Below, piece after piece: positions 50,932-60,983 of a stretch of DNA of 64,000 nucleotides (positions are counted from its first letter, which is position 1; every line of letters starts with the position of its first letter). The notes beneath the pieces were generated by a model that did no database searches, was not told the origin of the DNA, and saw only the letters and a program-made list of their open reading frames with translations. Source of the DNA: Spirochaetes bacterium ADurb.Bin133 (GTDB lineage Bacteria > Spirochaetota > GWE2-31-10 > MWDO01). The position numbers and the translations under genes were made by a program. The stretch covers positions 40,723-104,722 of the forward strand of contig MWDO01000002.1 in assembly GCA_002070605.1 (NCBI GenBank), written 5' to 3'.

Positions 50932-52038
50932 ATGAAATTCATTTGTTCAAAAGAAAGCATCTTAAAAATCTTAAGTATAGCGGAGAGTATCATCTCTACA
51001 AGAAATAGTATTTCTATATTATCTAACGTTCTTCTAGAAGCAAAGAATAATTTGGTTAAAATAACGGCTTCTGAAACGTCGATTACCTTTGTATCGGAAA
51101 TAAATGCGGAGATTTTAGAAGAAGGTTCTGTTTCCGTATATTGCAACAGGCTATATACTCTCGTTAGAAAATTATCCGGAAACGAAATAGAAATTTTTTC
51201 CGACGAAGAAAATGTCGTTACAATTAATCCTAAAGAGAATAAAAAAATAGAATACAAATTAAAAGGAATTGATTCGGATAAATTTCCTCCCGTTAAAATC
51301 ACAGACGACGTTAAATATTTTTCAATTAAACAGGAGATATTTACAGAAATGACAAAAAAAACAATTTTTGCCATATCTCCGAGCGACAACAGAAAATTTA
51401 TTAATGGCGTTTTTTTTGAAAAAACGGAAGAAAGTATAAAGATGGTTTCTACCGACGGTAAGAGATTGGCGTTTATAAAAAAAGAATTATCTATACGGGA
51501 GATAGATAACGGAAGCGTTATTATACCCCCTAAGATACTGCACGAAACTATAAAATTATGTTCAAATAACGGCGATATCCAGATGGGATTAACTCAAAAA
51601 AACGTTTTTATAAAAATAGACAATTTCTTTTTTATTTCAAATTTATTAGATGGAAATTTTCCGCCTTATCAAAAGGTTATACCTACCGAGTTTGTAGGAA
51701 ATTTTAAAATAGACAGAAAAACTTTTTTAGAATCTTTAGATAGAATTTCTCTTATGGGAGACAAAGATTCAAATAAAGTAATTTTATCAATTTTTGATAA
51801 TGAGTTAAAAATATATACTGAAAATATAACGTTTGGATCGGGAAAAGAGATATTATCCGTGGATTATATAGGAAATAAATTTGAAATAGCTTTAAATATC
51901 ATGTATTTGATCGACGTTTTAAACGTTTTATCTGAAGACGACGTTTTAATCTATTTTAAAGATTCTCAATCGACAATTTCGGTAAGGCAAGATAAAGATA
52001 ACGATTATATCTATATTATGATGCCAATGACTATTTAA
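50932..52038 (+). CDS. dnaN: DNA polymerase III beta sliding clamp
   Basis: 368 aa, three-domain beta-clamp pattern, synteny dnaA-dnaN-recF. Confidence 0.85.
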   Translation: MKFICSKESILKILSIAESIISTRNSISILSNVLLEAKNNLVKITASETSITFVSEINAEILEEGSVSVYCNRLYTLVRKLSGNEIEIFSDEENVVTINPKENKKIEYKLKGIDSDKFPPVKITDDVKYFSIKQEIFTEMTKKTIFAISPSDNRKFINGVFFEKTEESIKMVSTDGKRLAFIKKELSIREIDNGSVIIPPKILHETIKLCSNNGDIQMGLTQKNVFIKIDNFFFISNLLDGNFPPYQKVIPTEFVGNFKIDRKTFLESLDRISLMGDKDSNKVILSIFDNELKIYTENITFGSGKEILSVDYIGNKFEIALNIMYLIDVLNVLSEDDVLIYFKDSQSTISVRQDKDNDYIYIMMPMTI

Positions 52039-52048
52039 TGGAGAAAAT

Positions 52049-53152
52049 TTGTTTGTTAAATCTATAAGCGCGACAAATTTTCGAAATTTTAGAAATTTAG
52101 AATTTTGTTTTAAAGAACAAGAGAGACATATAATAATAAAGTCCCCAAACGGAACGGGTAAAACTAACTTTCTCGAATTATTATACTATTTTACATATTT
52201 AAAATCCTTTAGAGCCGTTTCCGACGGCGAGTTAATAAATAAAGGGGAAAACTACTTTTCTATTTTAATTAATTACGATAACGACGAAGATAACGAAATA
52301 TCTGTTAAATATTTAAATAAATCTAAAGAGGTCGTTTACAACAATAAAAAGATAAAAAGATACTCTGAAATATTTGGAAAATATTGTTCGGTAGTTTTTT
52401 CAAGCGACGATATGTTAATTATTAAAGGAAATCCAAACTACAAGAGAAAATTTTTTGATATGTTTTTTTCAATAATCGATATCGAGTATTTTTATAGTAT
52501 TAAAAATTATAATTGCGTATTAAAACAAAAAAACGCTCTTTTAAAAAATAAGTCGTTTGATAAAAAATTGTTGGAAATTTATAACTATCAGTTGGCGCAA
52601 TATATAAATATTATTCAGCAAAAAAGAGACGAGTTTATTAAGATAACCAGTAAAGATTTTAACGATAAATATTTAGAAATAGGCGATTATAATTACAGCG
52701 CCAAAATTATCTATTATCCTTCAATTAAAATTAAAGAGTTTACTCAAGAAAATATTTTTAACTTTTTAATGGAATGTTGCAAAAAAGAAGTTGAACTTGG
52801 CTTTTCTTTTTACGGCGTCCATAAAGATAACTATCAATTTTTATTAAATAATCTGAATTTTAATAGTTACGCTTCTTTTGGTCAAACTAGATTGGCGTCG
52901 TTAATTATGAAAACCATACAAGCGGATAATTATAAAAAATATAACAATATTTCGCCGATTTTATTACTAGACGACGTGATTTTAGAGTTGGATAACTATA
53001 GGAAGGTCAAATTTGTTTCAAAAATATTTGATTATAAACAGTTTTTTATTACAATTAGCGACGATACTCTTTTAAAAATTTTTGAAAAAAGTTCGTATTT
53101 ATCATTTTTGGAGATTATAGATGGAAAAATACAAAAAAGTAACTTTAATTAA
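52049..53152 (+). CDS. recF: DNA replication and repair protein RecF
   Basis: Walker A SPNGTGKTNFLE, ABC signature region, LLLDDV Walker B; 367 aa. Confidence 0.88.
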   Translation: MFVKSISATNFRNFRNLEFCFKEQERHIIIKSPNGTGKTNFLELLYYFTYLKSFRAVSDGELINKGENYFSILINYDNDEDNEISVKYLNKSKEVVYNNKKIKRYSEIFGKYCSVVFSSDDMLIIKGNPNYKRKFFDMFFSIIDIEYFYSIKNYNCVLKQKNALLKNKSFDKKLLEIYNYQLAQYINIIQQKRDEFIKITSKDFNDKYLEIGDYNYSAKIIYYPSIKIKEFTQENIFNFLMECCKKEVELGFSFYGVHKDNYQFLLNNLNFNSYASFGQTRLASLIMKTIQADNYKKYNNISPILLLDDVILELDNYRKVKFVSKIFDYKQFFITISDDTLLKIFEKSSYLSFLEIIDGKIQKSNFN

Positions 53153-53432
53153 AGACGTTATACCGTACTGCTTTTATAAAGGGGAATATAAAAACGAATT
53201 TTATCTTGATTTAATAAAAAAAAATTGGAAAGTTATTGTGGGAGAAAGACTCGAAAATTTCATAACGCCGGATAAAATAATAAATAAAAAATTATATATA
53301 TCGTGCGCTCATACGGGTTTTATTCAATCTCTTAATTTTCAGAAGGAAAATATTATTAAAAATATTTCAAAAAATATTGAAAAAGAAATAATTCTTGATA
53401 TTAAATATTTTATAGGAAAATCAAAGCGCTAA
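53121..53432 (+). CDS. DUF721-family protein (recF-associated)
   Basis: 103 aa; conserved position after recF with 32-nt overlap. Confidence 0.55.
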   Translation: MEKYKKVTLIKDVIPYCFYKGEYKNEFYLDLIKKNWKVIVGERLENFITPDKIINKKLYISCAHTGFIQSLNFQKENIIKNISKNIEKEIILDIKYFIGKSKR

Positions 53433-53448
53433 ATATAATAGCGCTGCT

Positions 53449-53550
53449 CCGTCGGTTTTTTGGGGAATAAAAAATATTTGTTCCATATGCGTCGAATTTT
53501 TTTGAAACAGGCTCGCGTTGTCTATTTCTTTACCCCAAAAAACTGACGAG
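53449..53550. mobile_element. MITE-like repeat copy 4 (long variant, orientation A)
   Basis: CCGTCGGTTTTTTGGGG ... CCCCAAAAAACTGACGAG; core AAATATTTGTTCCATATGCGTCG. Confidence 0.65.
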
Positions 53551-53656
53551 CTACTTAAAATAAATTATTTAATCTTGACATAAATTGTATAAAAATGGTA
53601 TAATTCTTTTCTTTAATGGAAATAACAATTAAGTTTATAAAATATAGGAGATAAAT

Positions 53657-53797
53657 ATGAAAAGAACGTATCAACCGTCGAACGTGAAAAAATTTAGAAC
53701 TCACGGCTTTAGAAGCAGGATGTCGACAAAAAGCGGAAGATTAATTTTAAAGAGAAGAAGACTTAAGGGAAGAAAAAGATTAACGGTATCGGCTTAA
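53657..53797 (+). CDS. rpmH: 50S ribosomal protein L34 (not in ORF track, 46 aa)
   Basis: translation [46 protein letters not shown]; GGAG SD; canonical position before rnpA. Confidence 0.92.
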   Translation: MKRTYQPSNVKKFRTHGFRSRMSTKSGRLILKRRRLKGRKRLTVSA

Positions 53798-53803
53798 TAA
53801 ATT

Positions 53804-54138
53804 ATGAAAAAGGAAGAAAGAATAAAAAAAAGTTATGAGATAAAAAATATACTCGACAAAGGGGCGGTAGAAAAAACGGCTCGATACGCTTTTTATTTCG
53901 TTAAGAACGAATTAAATATAAATAGACTCTGTATAGCGGTAAAAAAAAAATCGGTAATTCTGTAGAAAGAAACTACGAGAAGCGAGTCGTTCGCGAATTT
54001 TTTGACAAGATAAAAAACGAGATAAATAATACGGACATAGTTATCTCCGTAAAATCTAGAAAAGGAAATTTTTCGGAGAAAAAAGAAGATTTTTTATTTA
54101 TTCTAGAAAAGATGAAAAAAAATGCTATTTTTAAATAA
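53804..54138 (+). CDS. rnpA: ribonuclease P protein component RnpA, reading frame interrupted at A10 tract (53941-53950)
   Basis: frame 1 gives MKKEERIKKSYEIKNILDKGAVEKTARYAFYFVKNELNINRLCIAVKKK then stop; shifting by one base after the A-run restores IGNSVERNYEKRVVREFFDKIKNE...MKKNAIFK. Confidence 0.7.
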
Positions 54139-54364
54139 GATTGTAATCCTATTTATAAATATTTATAAAAAATTTATTTCGCCTTTATTTGTTTCTTCTT
54201 GTAGATTTTACCCTTCTTGCTCCGAATATGCAAGACAGGCTTTTGTTAAGTATAATTTTTTTAAAGCGTTTTTTTATACATTGTATAGATTGATTAGATG
54301 CGGTCCCTGGAGTAAAGGGGGATACGATCCGTTAGAGCGACATTGGAGAGACGATGGACAATAA
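54122..54364 (+). CDS. yidD: membrane protein insertion efficiency factor YidD
   Basis: CRFYPSCSEYARQAF and RCGPWSKGGYDP motifs; 80 aa. Confidence 0.9.
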   Translation: MLFLNKIVILFINIYKKFISPLFVSSCRFYPSCSEYARQAFVKYNFFKAFFYTLYRLIRCGPWSKGGYDPLERHWRDDGQ

Positions 54365-56081
54365 TAGGACTTTTGTTTTTATGATAATACTTACCGTTAT
54401 TTTTGTAGGTATTAACGTTTATTTTATGTATAACGTAAAAGATGTAAAAAGCGATGCCGTTATATCGAACGGCGCTTCGGAAAAGAAAAATAGTAATATT
54501 GAATCAGAAACAACGCCGGAAATGGAATTTGAAGCGTTATATGAACAAAAAGAGACTTTAGAAGAGAATATTATATATGAAAATAGAAATATTTTACTTG
54601 AAATTAGTAGAGTAAACGGAGAAATAGTCAAAGCTTACGTAAAAGATAGTTTTTTGGACAAAAATCAAAATAAAAAATTTAGTATTGTAACAGGCAAACC
54701 AAATAATAACTCTCTCAAGTTAAAGTTTGGATCATGGTTAAACGGAAAAACAATTTCAGAATTAACCGGCGGTAAGGAGAGTTATACGTTAGAAAAAGTT
54801 GACGACAAGTTTATTTTTTCTACAAAGATAAAAGATATAAAAAACGAAAATATTTATAAAATTGAAAAAATTTATACGTTTGTGGAAGATGAAAATATTT
54901 TTAGGTTTGACGTAAAAATATCTAACGATAAAAACGAGCAGATGAACTTTGATAGCTCCGACGTCGCTTTTAGTCTGGGATGGGGACCGGATCTAAATTC
55001 CGACGGACAAAAGTTTAATAAAAGATACGATATGTATTCTTATTTTAATGGAAAGAAAGTTGAAAAAATTGATATTGATAATAAGCTCGTTAAAAGATCA
55101 ACCGTACCGGGATTTGGAGAAAAGTATAGACAAGGCGGGGAAAGTTGGATTGCCAGAGAAGATAGATATTTTGCGGCAATAATTTACCCGGACAGCCAGA
55201 ATTATAAATACTTTTTTGATTATAAAGATAGTCGGGAAAATAAGTATTATTGCGGTTTTGAGAGATATACGGAGAATTCAATGCTAGAATCTTCCTTTTA
55301 CATCTACATTGGTCCTAAAATTAGATCTATTGTTAGAAAGTATAATAATTTTAAAGATTTTAAGTTAAATGATACGAATTTTTCCAAAGTAGTTGAATAT
55401 AAATTTTTTGGATTTGGCGACGTTATGGGGGTTATCTTAAATTTTATCTATAAATTAGTAAAAAATTACGGATTAGCTATAATAATTTTAACAGTATTGA
55501 TAAAATTATTATTATCCCCTTTGACTTATAAAAGTATGGAGTCGCAGGAAAAAATGGGTAAATTACAGCCGAAACTTAAAGAACTGCAAGAAAAATATAA
55601 AGATAAACCGGAGATATTAAACAGAGAAACGATGAATCTATACAAGAAAGAAGGCGTTAATCCTTTTGGCGGTTGCTTCCCTTTGCTTTTACAGATGCCT
55701 TTATTGTTGGCGATGTATCAACTTTTAGATAAAATGGTCGAACTCAAAGGCGCCGGATTTTTATGGATAAAGGATTTATCTCTTCCGGACGCCGTTATAA
55801 ATTTTAATTTTACGATACCGTTTGTTAATATAAGCTCGTTTAATATTTTACCTATAGTTATGGTTGCAACGCAAATTTTTTCGAGCCTTATTATGCCCGA
55901 TATGCAATCTAATAAGCAGGCAAAAATGATGATGTGGATGATGCCCTTGTTGTTTTTCTTTATGTTTTATAACGTATCGTCCGGATTGGTTTTGTATTGG
56001 ACGGTAATGAATATATTGAACGTTATCCAACAATTGCTAAAAAATTCGATGAAAAATAAAAAGATTTTGAAAAAAGCTTAG
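54354..56081 (+). CDS. yidC: membrane protein insertase YidC
   Basis: N-terminal TM, large periplasmic domain, C-terminal 60-kDa IMP core (GCFPLLLQMPLLLAMY); 575 aa. Confidence 0.9.
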   Translation: MDNNRTFVFMIILTVIFVGINVYFMYNVKDVKSDAVISNGASEKKNSNIESETTPEMEFEALYEQKETLEENIIYENRNILLEISRVNGEIVKAYVKDSFLDKNQNKKFSIVTGKPNNNSLKLKFGSWLNGKTISELTGGKESYTLEKVDDKFIFSTKIKDIKNENIYKIEKIYTFVEDENIFRFDVKISNDKNEQMNFDSSDVAFSLGWGPDLNSDGQKFNKRYDMYSYFNGKKVEKIDIDNKLVKRSTVPGFGEKYRQGGESWIAREDRYFAAIIYPDSQNYKYFFDYKDSRENKYYCGFERYTENSMLESSFYIYIGPKIRSIVRKYNNFKDFKLNDTNFSKVVEYKFFGFGDVMGVILNFIYKLVKNYGLAIIILTVLIKLLLSPLTYKSMESQEKMGKLQPKLKELQEKYKDKPEILNRETMNLYKKEGVNPFGGCFPLLLQMPLLLAMYQLLDKMVELKGAGFLWIKDLSLPDAVINFNFTIPFVNISSFNILPIVMVATQIFSSLIMPDMQSNKQAKMMMWMMPLLFFFMFYNVSSGLVLYWTVMNILNVIQQLLKNSMKNKKILKKA

Positions 56082-56103
56082 TTTACATAGAAAGGAGAGA
56101 ATT

Positions 56104-56724
56104 ATGATAACTAGAGAATTTTCCGGTAAAACGGAAAAAGAAATAATAGACAACGCGTTAGATACGCTCAAACTCAAAGAGGATCAAGTCGTTTTTGATT
56201 TTGAAAACAAAGGAGGTATATTTTCTTTCGGGAAAAAGGATTTAACGGCAAAAGTTTCTTTTGAAGACGACTTGTTATTCGGAAACAGATGTCTAATGTT
56301 TGTCAAAGAACTACTAGAAAAAATGGATATTGAAGCAAAAATTTATTTAATTGAAGAAGACGATGAAAAAATAATCATTGAGATAGAATCGCCGGATTCA
56401 GCGCTTATAATAGGAAAACAAGGTAAAAACCTTGAAGCTATTCAAACTATAGTAAACGTCGCCCTTAACAGAAACTCTAATATATGGACCAAGGTGATAA
56501 TAGATATAGGAAATTACAGATCTCGAAAAGAGAAAATGCTAAAAAAAACCGCTCTTACCGCCGCTATGCAGGTAAGAAAATCCAAAGAAAGCGTTCTTTT
56601 AGATCCGATGAATCCTTTTGAAAGAAGAATTATACATATGACTTTAAAAGAAGAAAAAAACGTCGAAACGGAATCGGAGGGCGAAGGTTTGGTGAAAAGA
56701 GTTAGAGTATTTTATAAAGAATAG
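56104..56724 (+). CDS. jag: Jag/KhpB RNA-binding protein (KH + R3H)
   Basis: Jag_N, KH (IIGKQGKNLEAIQ) and R3H (ERRIIHM) regions; 206 aa; follows yidC. Confidence 0.8.
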   Translation: MITREFSGKTEKEIIDNALDTLKLKEDQVVFDFENKGGIFSFGKKDLTAKVSFEDDLLFGNRCLMFVKELLEKMDIEAKIYLIEEDDEKIIIEIESPDSALIIGKQGKNLEAIQTIVNVALNRNSNIWTKVIIDIGNYRSRKEKMLKKTALTAAMQVRKSKESVLLDPMNPFERRIIHMTLKEEKNVETESEGEGLVKRVRVFYKE

Positions 56725-56729
56725 TCGTT

Positions 56730-57440
56730 ATGAATCAATTAGATATATCTTATTGGAAAAATAAAAAGAAAAAGAGAATTAAAATTTTTGTCTCTTCTTT
56801 TATCAACTATAATTTTTATAATTCTATAAAGGATAAAAACATAGATATTTTTAGGATCGATATCGAAGAAATTGCGATAAACCATAATATTAATTCTGTA
56901 AATAAAGTTTCTTTAAACGATTTAATTATTAATTTTAAAAACAATTATATAAATAATGCGTTTTTAGCCGTTGATATACCGGTTATCGATTTGTATAACG
57001 AAGGTAAAGACGTATCCAACGTCGTCGATATATACAAAAAAAGCGACGTAGATTTTATAATATTAAATATAGAACATAATGTTACAAATATCGCTAAGAA
57101 ATTAACAAATTTTGGGATACCTTATATAATTTCGTTTAAAAACGGCTACGAAGACGGCGATTTAAGAATAAGCGTTTGTATAGAAGAGCTTATTCATTTA
57201 GGGAATACCGGAGCTTATTTGATTATAACAGAAAATTTAAACGAACCTTTATATAATAAAATACGTAATAGTTGTCCAATTCCGGTTATAAGCGATAGCT
57301 TAAATAAAGATAACGACGGTCATTATTTATTGTTATCTAAAATCATAGGGTTAATTGAAAATAAAAATAGTTTTTTAAATATTAAAGATCTTGTATCTCA
57401 GTCGTACGATATATATCTTAATAAAATTAATGAAAAATAG
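56730..57440 (+). CDS. hypothetical protein (236 aa, possible alpha/beta barrel)
   Basis: no motif recognised. Confidence 0.4.
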   Translation: MNQLDISYWKNKKKKRIKIFVSSFINYNFYNSIKDKNIDIFRIDIEEIAINHNINSVNKVSLNDLIINFKNNYINNAFLAVDIPVIDLYNEGKDVSNVVDIYKKSDVDFIILNIEHNVTNIAKKLTNFGIPYIISFKNGYEDGDLRISVCIEELIHLGNTGAYLIITENLNEPLYNKIRNSCPIPVISDSLNKDNDGHYLLLSKIIGLIENKNSFLNIKDLVSQSYDIYLNKINEK

Positions 57441-58770
57441 TAAAAAATATATATGCGTTGAATGCGCTTACGCCACCATGTCTTGGATTGGAAAATGTCC
57501 TCAATGTAACTCTTGGAATACGTTAATTGAGGAGAAACAACAAGAAAAAGAGTTTATATCTCGACAAGAGATAAAACTGAATTTATTAAAAGATATTAAA
57601 ATTGATCCTCATGAAATTATAAAAATTTCTGACAATGATTTGAATATGTTCTTTGGAGACGGCATTGTTTGCGGTTCAGTTATTTTGCTTTCGGGTGAGC
57701 CCGGAATAGGGAAATCTACCTTTCTTTTTTATTTAGCGGATAATATTGAAAGTAGTAGAAAAATATACTATTTTTCCGGCGAGGAAACTTTACAACAATT
57801 AAAAATTAGAGCGGAGCGACTTGAACTAAAAAAGGATAAATTTTTTTTATCAAATAATAATGATTTAACCGCAATTCTAGAGTTGTGTAAAAAAGAGAGA
57901 CCGGATATAATTTTTTTTGACTCCATTCAAACTTTGAAACATGAAAATATTGAAAACGACGGTTCTGTTAGTAGTTTATCTCAGATGAGGATTTGCGCTA
58001 ACGATATAGTCGAATTTTCAAAATCTTTCAATATTCCCGTTATTATAGTCGGTCATATTAATAAATCGGGCGAGATAGCCGGACCAAAAATTATCGAACA
58101 TTTGGTCGACGTCGTTTTGTATTTTGAATTTGACGCCAGAAATAACTATAGAATATTGAGATCGGTTAAAAACAGATTTGGAACTATCGATAATATTTTG
58201 TTTTTTGATATGTTGGCAAAAGGTTTAAAAGTTGTTGATAATAATCTTGAAACGCTGAAAGGGAAAAATATTTATAATAGCGTTGTTGGAAAGTGTAAAA
58301 CGATCGCCGTAGAGGGGATTCGTACTTTTTTGATAGAAATTGAAGCGTTGGTCGTACCTACGGTATTTGTTAATCCGAGAAGGTATTCTGAAGGGATAGA
58401 CGTAAGCAGAGTTAATAAAATTATTGGGGTAATCAATAAATATTTGAATGAAAATCTTAATAATTACGATATTTATGTTAATATAACTCAAGGAATAAGA
58501 ATTAAAGACGTGGGAATCGATTTGGCAATAGCTATGGCAATATATTCTTCAAAAATTAATGCGGCTATTAAAGGAGATACCTGTTTTATCGGAGAAATTT
58601 CTTTGACCGGAGAGATACTTAGCGTGAAAAAAATGTTCAATAGAGTAAAAGAGGCTGAGAAATATAATATTAATAAAACCTATTTATCAGAAAATATCGA
58701 TATTGAAAATAAGGAAAATTGTATTATAATTGAAAATGTTAGAGATATGAAAAATATTTTTAATAAATAA
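57430..58770 (+). CDS. radA: DNA repair protein RadA/Sms
   Basis: C4 zinc finger CVECAYATMSWIGKCPQCNSWNT, Walker A GEPGIGKST, KNRFG motif, C-terminal Lon-protease-like domain; start set to Met just before the zinc finger. Confidence 0.9.
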   Translation: MKNSKKYICVECAYATMSWIGKCPQCNSWNTLIEEKQQEKEFISRQEIKLNLLKDIKIDPHEIIKISDNDLNMFFGDGIVCGSVILLSGEPGIGKSTFLFYLADNIESSRKIYYFSGEETLQQLKIRAERLELKKDKFFLSNNNDLTAILELCKKERPDIIFFDSIQTLKHENIENDGSVSSLSQMRICANDIVEFSKSFNIPVIIVGHINKSGEIAGPKIIEHLVDVVLYFEFDARNNYRILRSVKNRFGTIDNILFFDMLAKGLKVVDNNLETLKGKNIYNSVVGKCKTIAVEGIRTFLIEIEALVVPTVFVNPRRYSEGIDVSRVNKIIGVINKYLNENLNNYDIYVNITQGIRIKDVGIDLAIAMAIYSSKINAAIKGDTCFIGEISLTGEILSVKKMFNRVKEAEKYNINKTYLSENIDIENKENCIIIENVRDMKNIFNK

Positions 58771-58773
58771 AGT

Positions 58774-58870
58774 CCCCTGTCAGTTTTTTTGGATGGGGAA
58801 ATGACACATATGGAACAAATATTTTTAATTATTAAATTATTTTTTATTCCCCAAAAAACCGGCGGGATAC
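58774..58870. mobile_element. MITE-like repeat copy 5 (short variant, orientation B) with candidate outward promoter ATGACA-N17-TTTAAT (58801-58829)
   Basis: CCCCTGTCAGTTTTTTTGGATGGGG ... CCCCAAAAAACCGGCGGG; core TGACACATATGGAACAAATATTTTTAAT; ORF 58881 begins 11 nt after the element. Confidence 0.65.
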
Positions 58871-58880
58871 GCGAATAAAA

Positions 58881-59882
58881 ATGAAAAAAATATTGTCTTT
58901 CTTAATTTTGATTTATTTCGTTTCATTTATCTGTAGCGAAGAAAATCCGAAAGCGTATATAGGCGTCTCTTCGCCTTTTATGAAAACGGACAACGCCACT
59001 GCGAAATTTTTTAATAAACAATTTATTTTTGAATTTTTATCGAATGAGACCGAAGTTAAATATAATTTTGTAATTTTAAACGATTATGAGACTACAAATA
59101 ACGACGAGTTTTATCGGTTGATCAAAAAAGAGGCTTTCGAAAAGCAAATTGATTATATACTATACGGCGAAACATATACAATTAATAATAGCGTAATACT
59201 TAAATGTTCCTTAATAAATCCATACGACGATTCTATTTTATTTATGAAAAATTTTAGGTCAAAGAACGATTATACTATAAACGATTTTCTTACGACAGTT
59301 TCAATTGAATTATTTAAAATATTAAATAATTCTACGTTGACGATTATTAAACAAAAGAAAGCGATCGTCAAAGACGCAAAAGAAGACGACGACTTATCCT
59401 TAGAAATAAAAGCGAATACAAAACATGAAATAATGGTTTTTAACGGCTTTTTAAAAACTACTCCAAGGGTTATCTCGTTTGTACATAGTTTTTATGGATA
59501 TTATTTTTCCCCGATTAATTTTTTTTCATTGGGCGGAGGTTTGTTCTGGGGATTTGGAATAAACGACGATAGATTATTATTTAATTATAGTATCGATAGC
59601 TCTAAAAGTTTCTTTATCGGGACTAGTACCGGAATTAGTTTTCATATTTCAGGATATGCGGTGGAGCCCTTTGTCGGATTAAAAATTGAATTGTGTTATA
59701 CTATAGATAAATATCTGGATTTATATATTCCGATAGAGACCGGTATAAAAATTCACATAAGGAAAATGAATTTTTTTAGTATATACAACTCTTTTCAGTT
59801 TACCGCTTATAATTTGTTTAACTATAAATGGGAAAACGTATATATCATAGGAATAAATATTGGATATGTTAAAAAAATATAA
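58881..59882 (+). CDS. secreted hypothetical protein (333 aa)
   Basis: signal peptide MKKILSFLILIYFVSFICS; no homology recognised. Confidence 0.5.
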   Translation: MKKILSFLILIYFVSFICSEENPKAYIGVSSPFMKTDNATAKFFNKQFIFEFLSNETEVKYNFVILNDYETTNNDEFYRLIKKEAFEKQIDYILYGETYTINNSVILKCSLINPYDDSILFMKNFRSKNDYTINDFLTTVSIELFKILNNSTLTIIKQKKAIVKDAKEDDDLSLEIKANTKHEIMVFNGFLKTTPRVISFVHSFYGYYFSPINFFSLGGGLFWGFGINDDRLLFNYSIDSSKSFFIGTSTGISFHISGYAVEPFVGLKIELCYTIDKYLDLYIPIETGIKIHIRKMNFFSIYNSFQFTAYNLFNYKWENVYIIGINIGYVKKI

Positions 59883-60951
59883 AATTCTAATGTTTTTGTG
59901 CTTCTCAGTATTTACGGTTTTTAACGGTCAAGAGGTTGATTATACTAAAGATATTTACATAATTAAGAATTTTACGGAAGAAATTACGGCTGAAAATAAC
60001 ATAATTGCCGATTATTTTTTTGACTTAGCTCTTGAAAAAACTCTAAATGAGCATAAAGAGTTAAGAGTTATTAAAAATAACGAGAGTTTAGAGGTAACCA
60101 GTATTAAACAAATTTCAAATTATGTTAATATAAATAACGCCAGCGGTTTTTTTTATATTATGTTGAACAAAAATAAATCCTTTATAATTATGGATATATC
60201 CTTGTATAATAATTTTGGAGAGATGTTATCGGTAAATCAGTTTATTTTAGAAGAGAAGACTGAAGTCGAAACAAATATTGAATATGTAGATAGCATGTAT
60301 AATTATATGGTAAAATGCGTAGAATTGTTAAAAACAAAAAGCGCATTATTAAAAAGAACTAAAAAAATTGAAAAAAATAAAACAAAACGAGATTTTCCAT
60401 ATATAAATATTTATCTCAACGCCGTTTCTTCGAAAATATACTTTGATAATAGAACAAACTCAAAAATATTTTCTTTTTTCCCGGTTAGTTTATTTTTTTC
60501 ATTTTATCCGGTTAAATATTTTGAAACCGGATTATTTGTAAAATTTGATTTTGACGACATGATTTACAAATATTATGATTTTACGCTGAACGATTATAGA
60601 TACTACCACACAACTTTTAATTTGGTTTATGGAGTTTTTTTTGGCGGATCATTCTTTTTTGATATATACCATTATTCGTTAGGGTTGAATTTATATAATA
60701 TTTTTTATTATCTTCCCGATAGTACGGAGTTCAAAAAAACAGAGGATTATCGTAGTTACCTTTTACCGCAAATATCGTTTTATCAACGGCTCGATATTAA
60801 AATATTTAAAATTATAAACTATTCTATTTATTTTATAATTAAGACAATACCTGAGTTTTTTTACAAAGATAAATATTTTTATTCCGAGCCTTTTAAATAT
60901 GATTTCATCGTTATAGAATTTTCTATACTTGGTTTCTCAATAAATCTCTAA
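59860..60951 (+). CDS. secreted hypothetical protein (363 aa)
   Basis: signal peptide; Phe/Tyr-rich; overlaps previous ORF by 23 nt. Confidence 0.45.
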   Translation: MDMLKKYKILMFLCFSVFTVFNGQEVDYTKDIYIIKNFTEEITAENNIIADYFFDLALEKTLNEHKELRVIKNNESLEVTSIKQISNYVNINNASGFFYIMLNKNKSFIIMDISLYNNFGEMLSVNQFILEEKTEVETNIEYVDSMYNYMVKCVELLKTKSALLKRTKKIEKNKTKRDFPYINIYLNAVSSKIYFDNRTNSKIFSFFPVSLFFSFYPVKYFETGLFVKFDFDDMIYKYYDFTLNDYRYYHTTFNLVYGVFFGGSFFFDIYHYSLGLNLYNIFYYLPDSTEFKKTEDYRSYLLPQISFYQRLDIKIFKIINYSIYFIIKTIPEFFYKDKYFYSEPFKYDFIVIEFSILGFSINL

Positions 60952-60983
60952 AGCCGTATCCTGTCGATTTCTTGCGAAAAAAA

